Of a stretch of DNA of 50,462 nucleotides, positions 40,101-49,126 are shown one piece after another. The notes beneath the pieces are model-generated. The model was not told the origin of the DNA, ran no database searches, and saw only the letters and a program-made list of their open reading frames with translations. The DNA is from an uncultured Candidatus Saccharibacteria bacterium. Lineage in GTDB: Bacteria > Patescibacteriota > Saccharimonadia > Saccharimonadales > Saccharimonadaceae. Numbering within the stretch: the stretch's first letter is position 1; each line of letters starts with the position of its first letter. Position numbers and translations under genes: made by a program. The stretch covers positions 1 to 50,462 of the forward strand of contig CAZSYG010000001.1 in NCBI GenBank assembly GCA_964610655.1, in the 5' to 3' direction.

Positions 40101-41314
40101 ATGCTGTTTTGCTTCAAAAATGACTCTATGGTTTTCCGATCCAGTGAATCGGCGTGTACTTGCAGTGGAGCGTGGAATTCACTTTGAAGCTCTGAAACCG
40201 TGTTGTTGCGCGAGGCGAAAAGTATTTGGATGTTTCTCATGCCGCTCCAGTCTGTTTTAACTTCGTGCATGACCACGTTTTTTAGGGCATTGTCCAATTC
40301 GTTCACGCCGTCCAGGATAAGCAAAAGGGAGGGCTTTCCGAAGGAGGGCTGTTCGCACATAGCAAAGAGATCCTTCATCAGCGTGGTATCGTGATGCAAG
40401 GTTACGGCTTCGATATAATGCTGAATCGGCGTTGTGGACGTATGCAACCGTCTTAATGGAATATAAATAATCGAGGTGTCAATCGCAAGCGACAACAGTG
40501 ATATTGTCTTTCCAATACCCCCTATGCCAAATAGTGATATATATTTCACGGGCTCTCCATTGATATTCCAGCTTCTCTCTATAATATCCGGCAGGGGCAT
40601 GGAAATATCCTCTATATCACGGTTGCCGCCCATTACATGATAATTTTCCAGAATACTGCCTTTGATGAGAATCTCATCGCTGACGCCGATGCTATCGTAG
40701 CTTGGGTTCTTATCCTTTTCTTCGAGGTATCCAGCCTTAAGCGCTTCACGAAGACAATCATATTGGCTGGACTGATTTAGAACGGCCTTTTTTTCTTCGT
40801 TTTGCGCATGAGATGGGCTCTGTAATTGTCTGATAGCATTTATCATGCACACCTGTTCAAAAGACAGATATGAGTTAGATTTTTCCTCAACCATTTCCTG
40901 AAACGACAGAAAAAACTGCTGAATCAATGACTGATCGGTTCCATTCAGTTTTGGTTTGTCTGCTTGCGACAATATTTGGTTAACCCTATCAATAGCTTTT
41001 TCCTTGACTTCGCAGATAAATTCATTCCGCGGTTTGCTATTCTGATTTGGATTAAGCACGTATTGAATAATTTCTTCGCACGGCTTGTGGTTTTCGAGAT
41101 ATTGGTAAAAAGCATTCTCAGACAGTATGCTTCCGTCATTCTGTTTTGCTGCGTCAGTTAAGAATTGCTCAATGGATTTCATCAGCATGTTTTTGAAATC
41201 ATTTTTCTTCTTTTCGTCCATGAAGTTGGTCTGCTTATTCAGCATAGGCACAGCTGCAAGGCTGGCAAAAATACTATTAAGTATACTCTTCCATTCAAAG
41301 ATAATCATGATCAT
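37109..41314 (-). CDS. STAND/NACHT-like NTPase with C-terminal WD40 repeats (NLR-like)
   Basis: Walker A GIGGIGKT, Walker B LLILDGVNE, TPLML, HQHFRDCLAA, pentapeptide-like FSGLDLSN, many GH...WD repeats; the start may be a few codons downstream. Confidence 0.88.
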   Translation of the reverse strand: MIMIIFEWKSILNSIFASLAAVPMLNKQTNFMDEKKKNDFKNMLMKSIEQFLTDAAKQNDGSILSENAFYQYLENHKPCEEIIQYVLNPNQNSKPRNEFICEVKEKAIDRVNQILSQADKPKLNGTDQSLIQQFFLSFQEMVEEKSNSYLSFEQVCMINAIRQLQSPSHAQNEEKKAVLNQSSQYDCLREALKAGYLEEKDKNPSYDSIGVSDEILIKGSILENYHVMGGNRDIEDISMPLPDIIERSWNINGEPVKYISLFGIGGIGKTISLLSLAIDTSIIYIPLRRLHTSTTPIQHYIEAVTLHHDTTLMKDLFAMCEQPSFGKPSLLLILDGVNELDNALKNVVMHEVKTDWSGMRNIQILFASRNNTVSELQSEFHAPLQVHADSLDRKTIESFLKQNSIMLPPPQDNLWNVIDTPLMLILFAKFEAFKQKYQHTTGDWRENKNPGSIIWNYIQSESYLRDQTEAGNYDYCVAAEFVAPYICYEMAKNNQFIISHRDFIAYVNSACDLYEAHSKNNRLPLHIQEMKYQNGSDAILRDNMYNLLVKTLCLFYDNDGQVQLVHQHFRDCLAAIYLYNLAETSTDEAIPVEWTLPFDQYIMGFVANLLETEPRFSDKETVWEKLWELHRKATDHDTKFILKMLEMYRMAYGRNADSINFSGLDLSNVPLINLDLRNSKGHFIGCKLSSNTFFGKGHRMNVSAISWSPNGNRYLSASYDCSIRIWDRLSEKNIVLKRFHQHYIRCAEWHPTKNNIIASAGDDKKLCVWQYNSKTSRWKPEIKGSCAHWIRCMAWSHDGRAIACGDEEGIVKLFYQKANSIELPKIHQNRVIFADWNPGSFGILATVDKSGLVCIWDARAKKPMCTISADSNEITSLNWINNYIIAVSTRDELRLLDWNHLKEMAGDMKLEAAPLVAPPLCRNNISAVAIGHSDTQGDKIALFYNNVVEMQTGFIVDNGYQMAAIGTHGLLDYSKQRVVNACWNRDATELICGFRDGTVCRITIDVVEENREQITSALLGDKCPNTARCSSWSKDGSRLAAGYDDGSIRIWDTASKRCVNIIEGHMDSVKCVAWMNDNTHLISGSDDRTVRLWDTTCPDESEACIASHNAHTDSVNAVVCLKDGRIVSGSDDCTLVLWERKADTQIALPTRHSKGIYSLAVSPDEYFLVSGGNDRTIVLWDLLALDSIQIAESGHSEPIRTVLWTEDGNEIITTSNDGGIISHRFDKETQNITGVPAYFPNRHTDFIYGAALSQNGQFLVSGTTDALIGIWDLQQKKQLEVKTEHSSFVWNVSASPAINGRCYAASASSDGTILIWDVTNASSVRRKSVAGFISIPYINLLDCDFSGAIIQESKLSEILRMNGASYHTEKKSKNHARTRNIEAARLASDRNSRKKDHKGNQ

Positions 41315-41408
41315 TCTCCCATGTTTTTCAGCATATTGCTTTAATACTACATAAAGTATAAGCTTGTTAGCTCAATTAGTCAACGATTTCAATATCGCAT
41401 TATATTGG

Positions 41409-41468
41409 TGATATTATACCAGATAATCAGCCCAAAAGCAAAAAAGCCGGGTAATTATTACGCCCAGC
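41409..41468 (-). promoter_or_regulatory. Terminator-plus-promoter module, copy B
   Basis: Homologous to copy A, directly downstream of the recombinase stop codon. Confidence 0.7.
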
Positions 41469-41480
41469 AAAATGATATGA

Positions 41481-43076
41481 TTATTTGTCGATTATCTCAG
41501 TAATCTCTGTTCCGTCCGTAAAGCAGAATACCAGCTTGCCCTTTTCGCCTTTCTCAACCAGGATTCGGTCGATAGCGAGGGTGAACACATCATCACGGAA
41601 TTCAGTCATCTCCCCCTCGCACATTGCCAGCACTCTCATGAACCGACGCAACTTCTCTTTCTTCGCCGTCTGTGCGAGGATTGCCTTTTTCGCGGCTTCC
41701 AGCAGCTGCTTCTTTTCATCGACGACGTCCTTCTGCGCGTTATACTTCATCAGGTACACATTCTGATCCTGCTTATATTGTGTGTTCTCTTTGATGATGC
41801 CCTGAAGCGAGTCCAGCGCGTTTTGCAGAGCATCCTCTGCTTGAGCGCGCTGACGTTCCAATTTGGTCGTATTTGATAGTATCTTCAATTCCGATTCGTA
41901 AATGGCTTCATATGCGGTCTTGTTTTTCAAGACTTTGTTGAGGGCAGTGAGGAATGCCTTTTTGATGGCGTATTCCCTCAAGAGTGGCGTTTCGCAAACC
42001 TTATCGCCGTTGTAACGCTGATTGCAATACCAGACGTCGGTTCGGAACTTATCCTTGCCGTGGAACACCTTGTGGCCGAAGTAACCACCGCAGTCACCGC
42101 AGACCAGCTTTGCCGTTAGCACGTTTTTTCCGCTGAGCTTTGACCCATGTCGGCTCCGCCTCTCCAGTTCAACCTGAACGAGATCGAATTGATCAGGCGG
42201 TATGATGGCCGGATGCGAGTTGCTGATATAATACTGTCTGGCATCGCCCTCGTTTTTCTTCACCTTCTTGGTCAAGTAGTCCACTACGATGGTCTTCTGT
42301 AGCAGAGCGTCACCTTTGTATTTCTCATTCGACAGGATGCTTTTGACCGTAGAGACGGCCCATTTGTGCTTTCCGGCTGGAGTGGGAATACCCTCTCCAG
42401 TTAAAGTATCTGCTATATATCGGATGGTCTTCCCGTCGAGGAACATCTCGTATATCCTGCGGACGATTACTGCTTCTTTCTCGTCAATTTCCAGCTTCCC
42501 ATCGGCGCCTTTCCTGTAGCCCAAAAAGTGCTTGTACCCCACAGACACCTTCCCGTTCTGCATACTGCGCTGGCGTCCCCAACGTACGTTCTCGCTGATT
42601 GACCGGCTTTCCTCCTGGGCCAGCGAGCTCATGATTGTCAGCATGACCTCACATTTGGGGTCGAGGGTATTGATATGCTCTTTCTCGAATCTCACCTCAA
42701 TGCCTTTAGCTTTAAGCTCGCGTATCGCCTGAAGCGTATCGACCGTATTGCGAGCGAATCGGGAAATAGACTTGGTTAGGATCAGGTCGATATCTCCATT
42801 CAATGCCGCTTCCATCATACGGTTGAATCCATCGCGCTTTTTGGTATTCGTTCCCGATATACCCTCGTCGGCAAAGACGCCCGCGGATTCCCAATCGGGG
42901 TTAGCCCCTATAAATTGAGTATAGTATTTAACCTGTGCCTCGTAGCTGTTCTGCTGCTCGTCCTGTTCAGTTGAGACGCGGGCGTAAGCAGCAACCCGCA
43001 GCTTCTTAGGCTGGAAGGTATTACTGTCCACAATGAGCCTTTGGATGACTGGCTCAATTACTGTTACTTTAGCCAT
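41481..43076 (-). CDS. Large serine recombinase
   Basis: AAYARVST, DEGISGT, TKSISRFARN, recombinase domain, Zn ribbon CGDCG, coiled coil. Confidence 0.95.
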   Translation of the reverse strand: MAKVTVIEPVIQRLIVDSNTFQPKKLRVAAYARVSTEQDEQQNSYEAQVKYYTQFIGANPDWESAGVFADEGISGTNTKKRDGFNRMMEAALNGDIDLILTKSISRFARNTVDTLQAIRELKAKGIEVRFEKEHINTLDPKCEVMLTIMSSLAQEESRSISENVRWGRQRSMQNGKVSVGYKHFLGYRKGADGKLEIDEKEAVIVRRIYEMFLDGKTIRYIADTLTGEGIPTPAGKHKWAVSTVKSILSNEKYKGDALLQKTIVVDYLTKKVKKNEGDARQYYISNSHPAIIPPDQFDLVQVELERRSRHGSKLSGKNVLTAKLVCGDCGGYFGHKVFHGKDKFRTDVWYCNQRYNGDKVCETPLLREYAIKKAFLTALNKVLKNKTAYEAIYESELKILSNTTKLERQRAQAEDALQNALDSLQGIIKENTQYKQDQNVYLMKYNAQKDVVDEKKQLLEAAKKAILAQTAKKEKLRRFMRVLAMCEGEMTEFRDDVFTLAIDRILVEKGEKGKLVFCFTDGTEITEIIDK

Positions 43077-43079
43077 TGA

Positions 43080-44408
43080 TTATTCCTCCTCTCCTTTTCG
43101 CTTTCTATGTTGTTCAAGACTTTTTTGCCTTGCTCGTTCTCTCATCTCCGGTGTCCAGCTTTTGCTGCGCGATGGGTTTTCCCACTTAACCGTCTCAATA
43201 CAACCATCCTTCAAATAATAGCGAAGCAAATTGTGCTCTGGTACTTCAATGCGCTTGATTTGTTTAGCAATCAATTCGTCGGTCAGTTCCTGCTCTTCTT
43301 GTAGATCCAGCACTGCACGGGTTTTCTCGATCAGGATATCTTCGCGTATTCGCTGAGATGAGCAATACCCTTTGCCTAATTCATCAAAGGTGCAACACAT
43401 CCAAACGGGGAATCGTCGTTTTTGCGAGGTTGGAGCATTTTTCCGAACATATGTTGAACCGCAGTCACCGCAGTATATCAAACGACTGAATAAGTGGCCT
43501 TCTGTTTTGTGTTTTGATTCGTACAGTTTTTCCCGTCGAACAATTTCCTCTTGGACCTGACGAAATAGCTCAGGAGAAACAATCGGCTCATGGCTCTCTT
43601 CGACATAGTACTGTCGTCGCTCGCCGCGATTTCGTCTTTGCTTTTTTGTTCGGAAGTCTTCGACATATTTCTTCTGAAGCAGCATATTACCAGCATATTT
43701 CTCATTCCTGAGCAGATCATAGATATGAATTGGTTTCCATGCCTTTTTATCGAATAGCAATCCATCATCATTGAGTTTTCTAGCAATAGCCTGAGTTCCC
43801 ATTCCTGCCAGATAATCGTTGAATATTCGACGTACTACCACAGCCTCTTCTTCCACAATTTGCAGCTGACTGTTGACCATTCGATAGCCGAAAAGATTAT
43901 GCCACGTCGGAATTCCTTCCTCAAATTGCTTTTGTATCTGCCAGCGCTTGTTCTCAGAGGCTGACCGAGCTTCCTCCTCGGCAAACATAGCGATTAGCGA
44001 CAGCATCAGGTCTCCATCTGCGCTGAACGAGCTCATGTTCTCTTTCTCGAACAGTACCTCAATCCCAAGCTCCTTCAGCTCCCTGACCGTCTTCAGCAGC
44101 GTGACAGTGTTGCGGGCAAAGCGAGTAATCGACTTCGTAATCACGACATCGAACTTCCCTGCGCGAGCGTCCGTCAACATCCGCTGGAATTCTGGACGGT
44201 TCTCCTTGGTTCCCGACAAACCGTAATCAGCATAAACCCCGGCGAATAGCCAGCCGGGGTGATTGCCGATATAGTCGTTATAGTAGCTAACCTGATTGGA
44301 AAGGGAATCCAGCGCCGCTTGCTTCTCTACAGAAACGCGGGCATATGCCGCCACCCGTTTGAACGCGGGGGCGACTATTATGGTGGGTTTGATTTCTCTT
44401 ATTTGCAT
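43080..44408 (-). CDS. Large serine recombinase
   Basis: AAYARVS, DYGLSGT, TKSITRFARN, CGDCG. Confidence 0.95.
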   Translation of the reverse strand: MQIREIKPTIIVAPAFKRVAAYARVSVEKQAALDSLSNQVSYYNDYIGNHPGWLFAGVYADYGLSGTKENRPEFQRMLTDARAGKFDVVITKSITRFARNTVTLLKTVRELKELGIEVLFEKENMSSFSADGDLMLSLIAMFAEEEARSASENKRWQIQKQFEEGIPTWHNLFGYRMVNSQLQIVEEEAVVVRRIFNDYLAGMGTQAIARKLNDDGLLFDKKAWKPIHIYDLLRNEKYAGNMLLQKKYVEDFRTKKQRRNRGERRQYYVEESHEPIVSPELFRQVQEEIVRREKLYESKHKTEGHLFSRLIYCGDCGSTYVRKNAPTSQKRRFPVWMCCTFDELGKGYCSSQRIREDILIEKTRAVLDLQEEQELTDELIAKQIKRIEVPEHNLLRYYLKDGCIETVKWENPSRSKSWTPEMRERARQKSLEQHRKRKGEEE

Positions 44409-44430
44409 AAGCGTTACCTCCTACCCTCCA

Positions 44431-44805
44431 TCAATCCCTCTTTTGGGGCAGGAAGTCCAGCGTTTTCTGCGGTAAATTTTCGCGTCGCTGGGCAGGAATA
44501 TGGCCCATAATCCGCCTTTCCCGGTTCCACCAGGAATAGCGGCATTTATCGGAACAAAATGTCTTGCCTACGCGATTCCAAGGATTGTCCATAGTCCTTC
44601 CGCAGAATTTGCAGCGAGGCAGCTGCTCAATCTCCACTGCCTTATTGATGTTCTTTTGAGGTGTGTTCTCTCTGGGCATGAACTCATACTTCCGACATAC
44701 GGATTTGATTGTGTTCGGTGATATTCCCAGCGTCTTTCCGATGCTGGCATAGGTATAATTGTCGGCGCGTAGTTGGCCGATGGTCTCAATCTGCATTTCG
44801 TTCAT
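44431..44805 (-). CDS. Small HTH plus Cys-motif protein next to the recombinases
   Basis: IGKTLGISPNTIKSVCR, CKFCG...FCSDKCRYSWW; AAAGGAGG before ATG 44805. Confidence 0.75.
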   Translation of the reverse strand: MNEMQIETIGQLRADNYTYASIGKTLGISPNTIKSVCRKYEFMPRENTPQKNINKAVEIEQLPRCKFCGRTMDNPWNRVGKTFCSDKCRYSWWNRERRIMGHIPAQRRENLPQKTLDFLPQKRD

Positions 44806-44960
44806 CTTGCGCCTCCTTTCATTCTTATTGGCATTCCCCCTCATAGCAAATTGACTTAATAAGGTATATTGTTGGTACCCCTCATTGGGGCATATGGATA
44901 ACCGGCCCGCGCTGTGGCGGACCGGAAATGTGTTGAGTGGTATAGCTGATTCTGCAGCTA

Positions 44961-45191
44961 CTACAGTTTGCGCACTTCGTCTTCACCGGGAATCATCCCC
45001 AAGCCGGAACCATTGTCCCAGCTGATCTGGATCGTTCCCGCGTCATCCACGAACTCCACTGTGCCCTTCGTGCCGGGCATCAGCTTCGTATAAGGGTCGC
45101 TGGTATGCACCAACTCTACTCGGGTCCCTTTGGGGTACTGAGCGCGGAGCATGTTGATCCTCGCTCTCGACGGGAAACCATTATTCCTCAT
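44961..45191 (-). CDS. DUF4314-like protein
   Basis: YPKGTRVEL, GTKGTVEFVDDAG, WDNGSGL. Confidence 0.8.
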   Translation of the reverse strand: MRNNGFPSRARINMLRAQYPKGTRVELVHTSDPYTKLMPGTKGTVEFVDDAGTIQISWDNGSGLGMIPGEDEVRKL

Positions 45192-46362
45192 CGTCAGATT
45201 CCTCCTCTTCATCTCCAACGTCCGTTTCTTCCTCTTCCGGCTCCGGGTCAGACTTGACCGGCTCTTCCGGCGTGCTCACAGCCGGAGCCACCACGGTCGG
45301 CATCTCAAGGTCGAAGCTGCTGGCATCCGGCGCGTTGCCGTATCGCCACGCTCCGTTGCCCTCCAGATTCCTGATCAGGAACCGCCGAGCGAACTTGAAC
45401 TCTTCGCCCTTGAACCCCAGATTGTTGAGGAACAGGCGCATCGTGAACTTGTCGTTGTCGGTCGGTTTTTCCGTCGCGCTGATCCGCGAAGAGGTCAACG
45501 CCCTCATCGCAATGGCGTAAATGAACTTCGCATAGGCATCCACTTCGCCATCCACGCCCTGAAGCGTGAACCACGGGAACTGGATCTGATCGTCCGTTAC
45601 GACAATCGGCAACTCCTGCGCGTCGAACACTTTCTTCAAAAGCGTCTGCTTACTGGAAACCAGCGCTCTCAGGCGTTCAATCGCGGCGGGGGAGAACTTG
45701 TCTTTCGGCAGGGAAAGGGTCAGCCGGGAATCGTCGGAATCCTCAGCCTCATCTATGGCTTCGGCCTCCTCGGTCTCCTCGGCGCTTTCCGCTGCCTCGC
45801 CCTCGACGGTTTTCTCGCCCTCGTCGGGCGCGGATTCGCCGCTTTCCGGGGCTTTCTCGGCCTCCTCGGTATCGTCCTCGCTGGCCGGGGAATCCCCGCC
45901 CAAAGGGGCGATTTCCGGGGCGTCGTGCGCTTCCGGTTCCGGCTCCTCCGAGCCTTCCGCTTCAGGTTCCTCATCGGCATCCTCAGCTTCATCCTCGATC
46001 CCGTCGTCCTCGCGCTTTTCATCGTCATCAGAACTCTCGGCCTCATCAGCCTCCGGCTCTTCCTCTTCCGGCTTAACATCCGCTTCCTCGGAATCGGTTT
46101 CCTCATCGGGAAACAGCTCCGACAGCGATTCCTCCGGCTTGTACTCGTACTCAGCGTACAGAGCGTCAACCAGCCGGAAAACATCATCCGTCGTGGCTTC
46201 GTCCGGAGTGATCAGATTGCCGTTCCTGTCGACAATGTAACCGCCAATGTTATAGGCGTAGCTGGGCGGCCCCTGATAAACAGAGGCGACGGCCAGCAGG
46301 TGGGCGATAGCTTTGACAAGTTCCTTGCGGGCGGGTCCAGTGACGTTATAGGTGATTTTCAT
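45181..46362 (-). CDS. Prophage/ICE-associated protein with a long acidic insertion
   Basis: RKELVKAI...YQGPPSYAY N-domain; FPWF, NDKFTMRLFL..LGF...RNLEGN C-domain. Confidence 0.75.
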   Translation of the reverse strand: MKITYNVTGPARKELVKAIAHLLAVASVYQGPPSYAYNIGGYIVDRNGNLITPDEATTDDVFRLVDALYAEYEYKPEESLSELFPDEETDSEEADVKPEEEEPEADEAESSDDDEKREDDGIEDEAEDADEEPEAEGSEEPEPEAHDAPEIAPLGGDSPASEDDTEEAEKAPESGESAPDEGEKTVEGEAAESAEETEEAEAIDEAEDSDDSRLTLSLPKDKFSPAAIERLRALVSSKQTLLKKVFDAQELPIVVTDDQIQFPWFTLQGVDGEVDAYAKFIYAIAMRALTSSRISATEKPTDNDKFTMRLFLNNLGFKGEEFKFARRFLIRNLEGNGAWRYGNAPDASSFDLEMPTVVAPAVSTPEEPVKSDPEPEEEETDVGDEEEESDDEE

Positions 46363-46415
46363 AGGGAAACTCTCCTTTCTTATATTGGCATCCAGCTCAT
46401 GTTGGAATTGACCAG

Positions 46416-47015
46416 TCAGGTATGAACCTCGAATCGGTAGTAGTGATGGCCGTTGCGCTCTCCCTCATGGAGAATCAAACCGCCGTTCTTCGGGCATCCG
46501 CTTTTCGTGACAAAATAAAAGCCGTAACCCATGTCGTTATACAAGGTTACAACTTCATTCGGCCACTTGAAGCAATCCCGCATCGCCTTTATTAAGGCTC
46601 GGCGTTTGTGCCTGTTCTCCAGCATCTTGGAGATCGTTGCGTTGGCATCGGTCGTGATGATCTGTGTGTTCGGCCTCTCGGTCTGGTACAGCAGCTTGAC
46701 TCGCCCGATCTTCGGGAGAATCCGCTTCAGGTACTTCTGGGGAATCTTGATGTATTGCTTGAACCCCCAAACCTGTCTGTCACTCGACTCGGAAAGCCAG
46801 GTGATGCGAACCCACAGATCGTATCCCACATGCCACAGCTCGGCAAAACAGCCGCAGTCCATGTCAAGGGTTACTTTCTGTTCCGGCTCTAACATAGCGT
46901 TGATTATCACAACGCGGGCAATCAGAAATCGCCCTCTTGCGCCGTGCTTCCGGTCATAGGTTCTGATGCCGATATAATCGCCATCATTACTCAGTTCAAC
47001 CTTAACGCTATCCAT
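46416..47015 (-). CDS. Hypothetical protein
   Basis: 199-aa ORF with TGATG coupling to the upstream gene. Confidence 0.7.
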   Translation of the reverse strand: MDSVKVELSNDGDYIGIRTYDRKHGARGRFLIARVVIINAMLEPEQKVTLDMDCGCFAELWHVGYDLWVRITWLSESSDRQVWGFKQYIKIPQKYLKRILPKIGRVKLLYQTERPNTQIITTDANATISKMLENRHKRRALIKAMRDCFKWPNEVVTLYNDMGYGFYFVTKSGCPKNGGLILHEGERNGHHYYRFEVHT

Positions 47016-47152
47016 CAGATCTCATCTCCTTCCTCGATTTCCATCGTGCAGAACGGGAACACGTCCCAATTGCAGTTGTCGCCGAGCTTGTCCAGAATTT
47101 CCTGCTGCTTATTCTCAGTCAGGTCTTTCCAGTAGAACTCAATGGTAATCAT
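47015..47152 (-). CDS. 45-aa hypothetical protein not in the ORF track
   Basis: GGAGG SD; MITIEFYWKDLTENKQQEILDKLGDNCNWDVFPFCTMEIEEGDEI*; TGATG overlap with the next gene. Confidence 0.7.
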   Translation of the reverse strand: MITIEFYWKDLTENKQQEILDKLGDNCNWDVFPFCTMEIEEGDEI

Positions 47153-47157
47153 CTGAA

Positions 47158-47427
47158 TCACCTCCAGAAGCGGTGCTTGATCCGCAGGAAGAAGAGGCGC
47201 AGCTGGCTGTAATCCTGACAGATTAAGTGGTAGATGGTATCGTAGAAATCCTCTGCCTCATAGGGCAGCGGCTCAACACCGTGCAACCGATCTATCAGAA
47301 TCTGGTCGGCCACGACCTCTTCGGCATCCTTGCGGCACCAGTGGGTGACATCGCGCTCATCCATCGCGTCATAGACTTTCAGGATGATGCGCATAATCGC
47401 TTGCGCGTCAGAAAGACAGGCTTGCAT
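47158..47427 (-). CDS. Hypothetical protein
   Basis: AGGAGGAGG SD before ATG 47427. Confidence 0.65.
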   Translation of the reverse strand: MQACLSDAQAIMRIILKVYDAMDERDVTHWCRKDAEEVVADQILIDRLHGVEPLPYEAEDFYDTIYHLICQDYSQLRLFFLRIKHRFWR

Positions 47428-47440
47428 ATAGACCTCCTCC

Positions 47441-47782
47441 TTACATGATTGTGTCGGCGGGCAGATTCTCAAAATATTCAACCAGAGTATCGAGAATCAA
47501 CTTGTGCTCTTCCGTTTCCGGCTCAATGTCCCAGCCACGATCATAGTTAATGATGTATCGGGAAACATCGGTCAGGCTTTCCAGCTTGTGACGGACAGTG
47601 AGTTTGCTGATTCTCCCTTCGTTGATTCCGTACTTGGAACCAATCTGGAAAACCAGCGCGAAGAACTCGTATCCGTCAATGGTGCCTCTTAGCCATCTGC
47701 CGTCCATCTGGACGGTCATGGTCTCAAGCAGCTGCATCTGCCTCTCGGTATGCTTCTCAGCGTCAAATGCCGTCGAGTTCAT
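47441..47782 (-). CDS. Hypothetical mobile-element protein
   Basis: GGAGG SD; SKYGINEGRISKL...NYDRGWD. Confidence 0.7.
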   Translation of the reverse strand: MNSTAFDAEKHTERQMQLLETMTVQMDGRWLRGTIDGYEFFALVFQIGSKYGINEGRISKLTVRHKLESLTDVSRYIINYDRGWDIEPETEEHKLILDTLVEYFENLPADTIM

Positions 47783-48668
47783 AGATCTCAGCCTCCGTTT
47801 CCCATGCGTCGGTCAAACCGACAATGATCGGACCGAACCTGACGTACCCATAGGTATCATCATAGTCACGGGCATCGATATCCTCCGCGAACTCATTCAG
47901 CGGCCTGTGGATCAGCGTCCGGGAATCGTAGATCGTAGAAAACCCACGTTCCATCGCTTCCACACAGACATCGTAAAGTGGCAGCGGATGGAGATGATAC
48001 GGGTCGGCATACTTCTGCTTCGCAGCCGGAGGAGCCTCGGTCACTTTGGTCAGTTTCGCGGTGAAGACATACCTCTGATCCTTGTCCTCACAGGAGATAT
48101 ACTCCTCCGAGAAAACGCAGACCAGCGGCTCATCATCCAGCATATAGTTGTTGATAAACTCCTTCATGCCAGCTTCAACCTGCTCCCGCGTTTTTACACA
48201 GTAAAGGGACGGGACGGTGCCTTTATAGACCTCGGCCACCACCCACAGCGTCGGTGCCTTGAGCAGCGTGGATCTGTCAGGCTCAATGGGTATGGTCGGT
48301 TCGGACGCTTTGTCCTCTTCGACCTCCCAGCCCTCCATGTCTCCACACTTGTCATAGCCATCGGCGACGCTTTCCAGCCACTTTTCCATCTCTTCTAGAC
48401 TGTCGCCAGTCCAGCGCGGTCCGCCATAAGGCGCAACCGCCGAGCCGTCTCCATATTCGGTCAGCTCCAGCGACTCGTCGGTCGCCACGAACTTCCCCTT
48501 GTAGATGTAAAGCTGGATCGTATCGTCAAAGTAGTTGATGACCTTCCAAGCCCTATCGCTGAAGGTTTCCGGGAAACGAATCTCAACCGCAGTCGCCGCG
48601 CCGACCGGATCGTTCCGATCGGTCGGCGGGTTGCTCTGATTCTCATAGGGACTAATGATGTGTTTCAA
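47763..48668 (-). CDS. Hypothetical protein
   Basis: TTG start after AAGGAGG; the 5' extension in the ORF track overlaps the next gene. Confidence 0.65.
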   Translation of the reverse strand: MKHIISPYENQSNPPTDRNDPVGAATAVEIRFPETFSDRAWKVINYFDDTIQLYIYKGKFVATDESLELTEYGDGSAVAPYGGPRWTGDSLEEMEKWLESVADGYDKCGDMEGWEVEEDKASEPTIPIEPDRSTLLKAPTLWVVAEVYKGTVPSLYCVKTREQVEAGMKEFINNYMLDDEPLVCVFSEEYISCEDKDQRYVFTAKLTKVTEAPPAAKQKYADPYHLHPLPLYDVCVEAMERGFSTIYDSRTLIHRPLNEFAEDIDARDYDDTYGYVRFGPIIVGLTDAWETEAEIYELDGI

Positions 48669-48693
48669 GGTAAAAGCCCTCCTTCTATATGTA

Positions 48694-49122
48694 TTATTGG
48701 AACAAGAAATCATCATCGTCGTCATCGTCACAGGAATCGTCAACATCCTCCCGTTCATCGGCATAACTCCACATGTCCTCGGTTGGCTGCTCTCGCAGTT
48801 CAGGATGATCGTCGATGTAATCGGCCACCATCTCAGCCAACTTGTCCAGCAGTGTCTCATAGGAATCCTTTCGGTATACTCCCCACAGCGCCCAGACCAT
48901 CGAGGTAATCGCCTCATCAGCCTTGGCGGCGAGGAAGCGTCCGGCGGGATTACAGGTCTCTTTGCCATAGCCGATTCCCAACTGATCGCCGTCGTTATAG
49001 AAACGATAGCCGATCCGGGACATGGCCCTGACAATTTCCCCAGCGAGGCTTTCTGCCTTGCCCTCCAAGGGGACCAGCGCTTCGAACTGTTTGCTCAAAC
49101 GATCATTAACCGCTTGGTTCAT
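48694..49122 (-). CDS. Hypothetical protein
   Basis: AAGGAGG SD; GEIVRAMSRIGYRFYNDGD. Confidence 0.7.
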   Translation of the reverse strand: MNQAVNDRLSKQFEALVPLEGKAESLAGEIVRAMSRIGYRFYNDGDQLGIGYGKETCNPAGRFLAAKADEAITSMVWALWGVYRKDSYETLLDKLAEMVADYIDDHPELREQPTEDMWSYADEREDVDDSCDDDDDDDFLFQ

Positions 49123-49126
49123 GGAA

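Noticed and set aside
45151-46425. 424-aa plus-strand ORF and other long plus-strand ORFs in the element
   Set aside because: GC-rich antisense frames of minus-strand genes that have SD sites and coupled starts.
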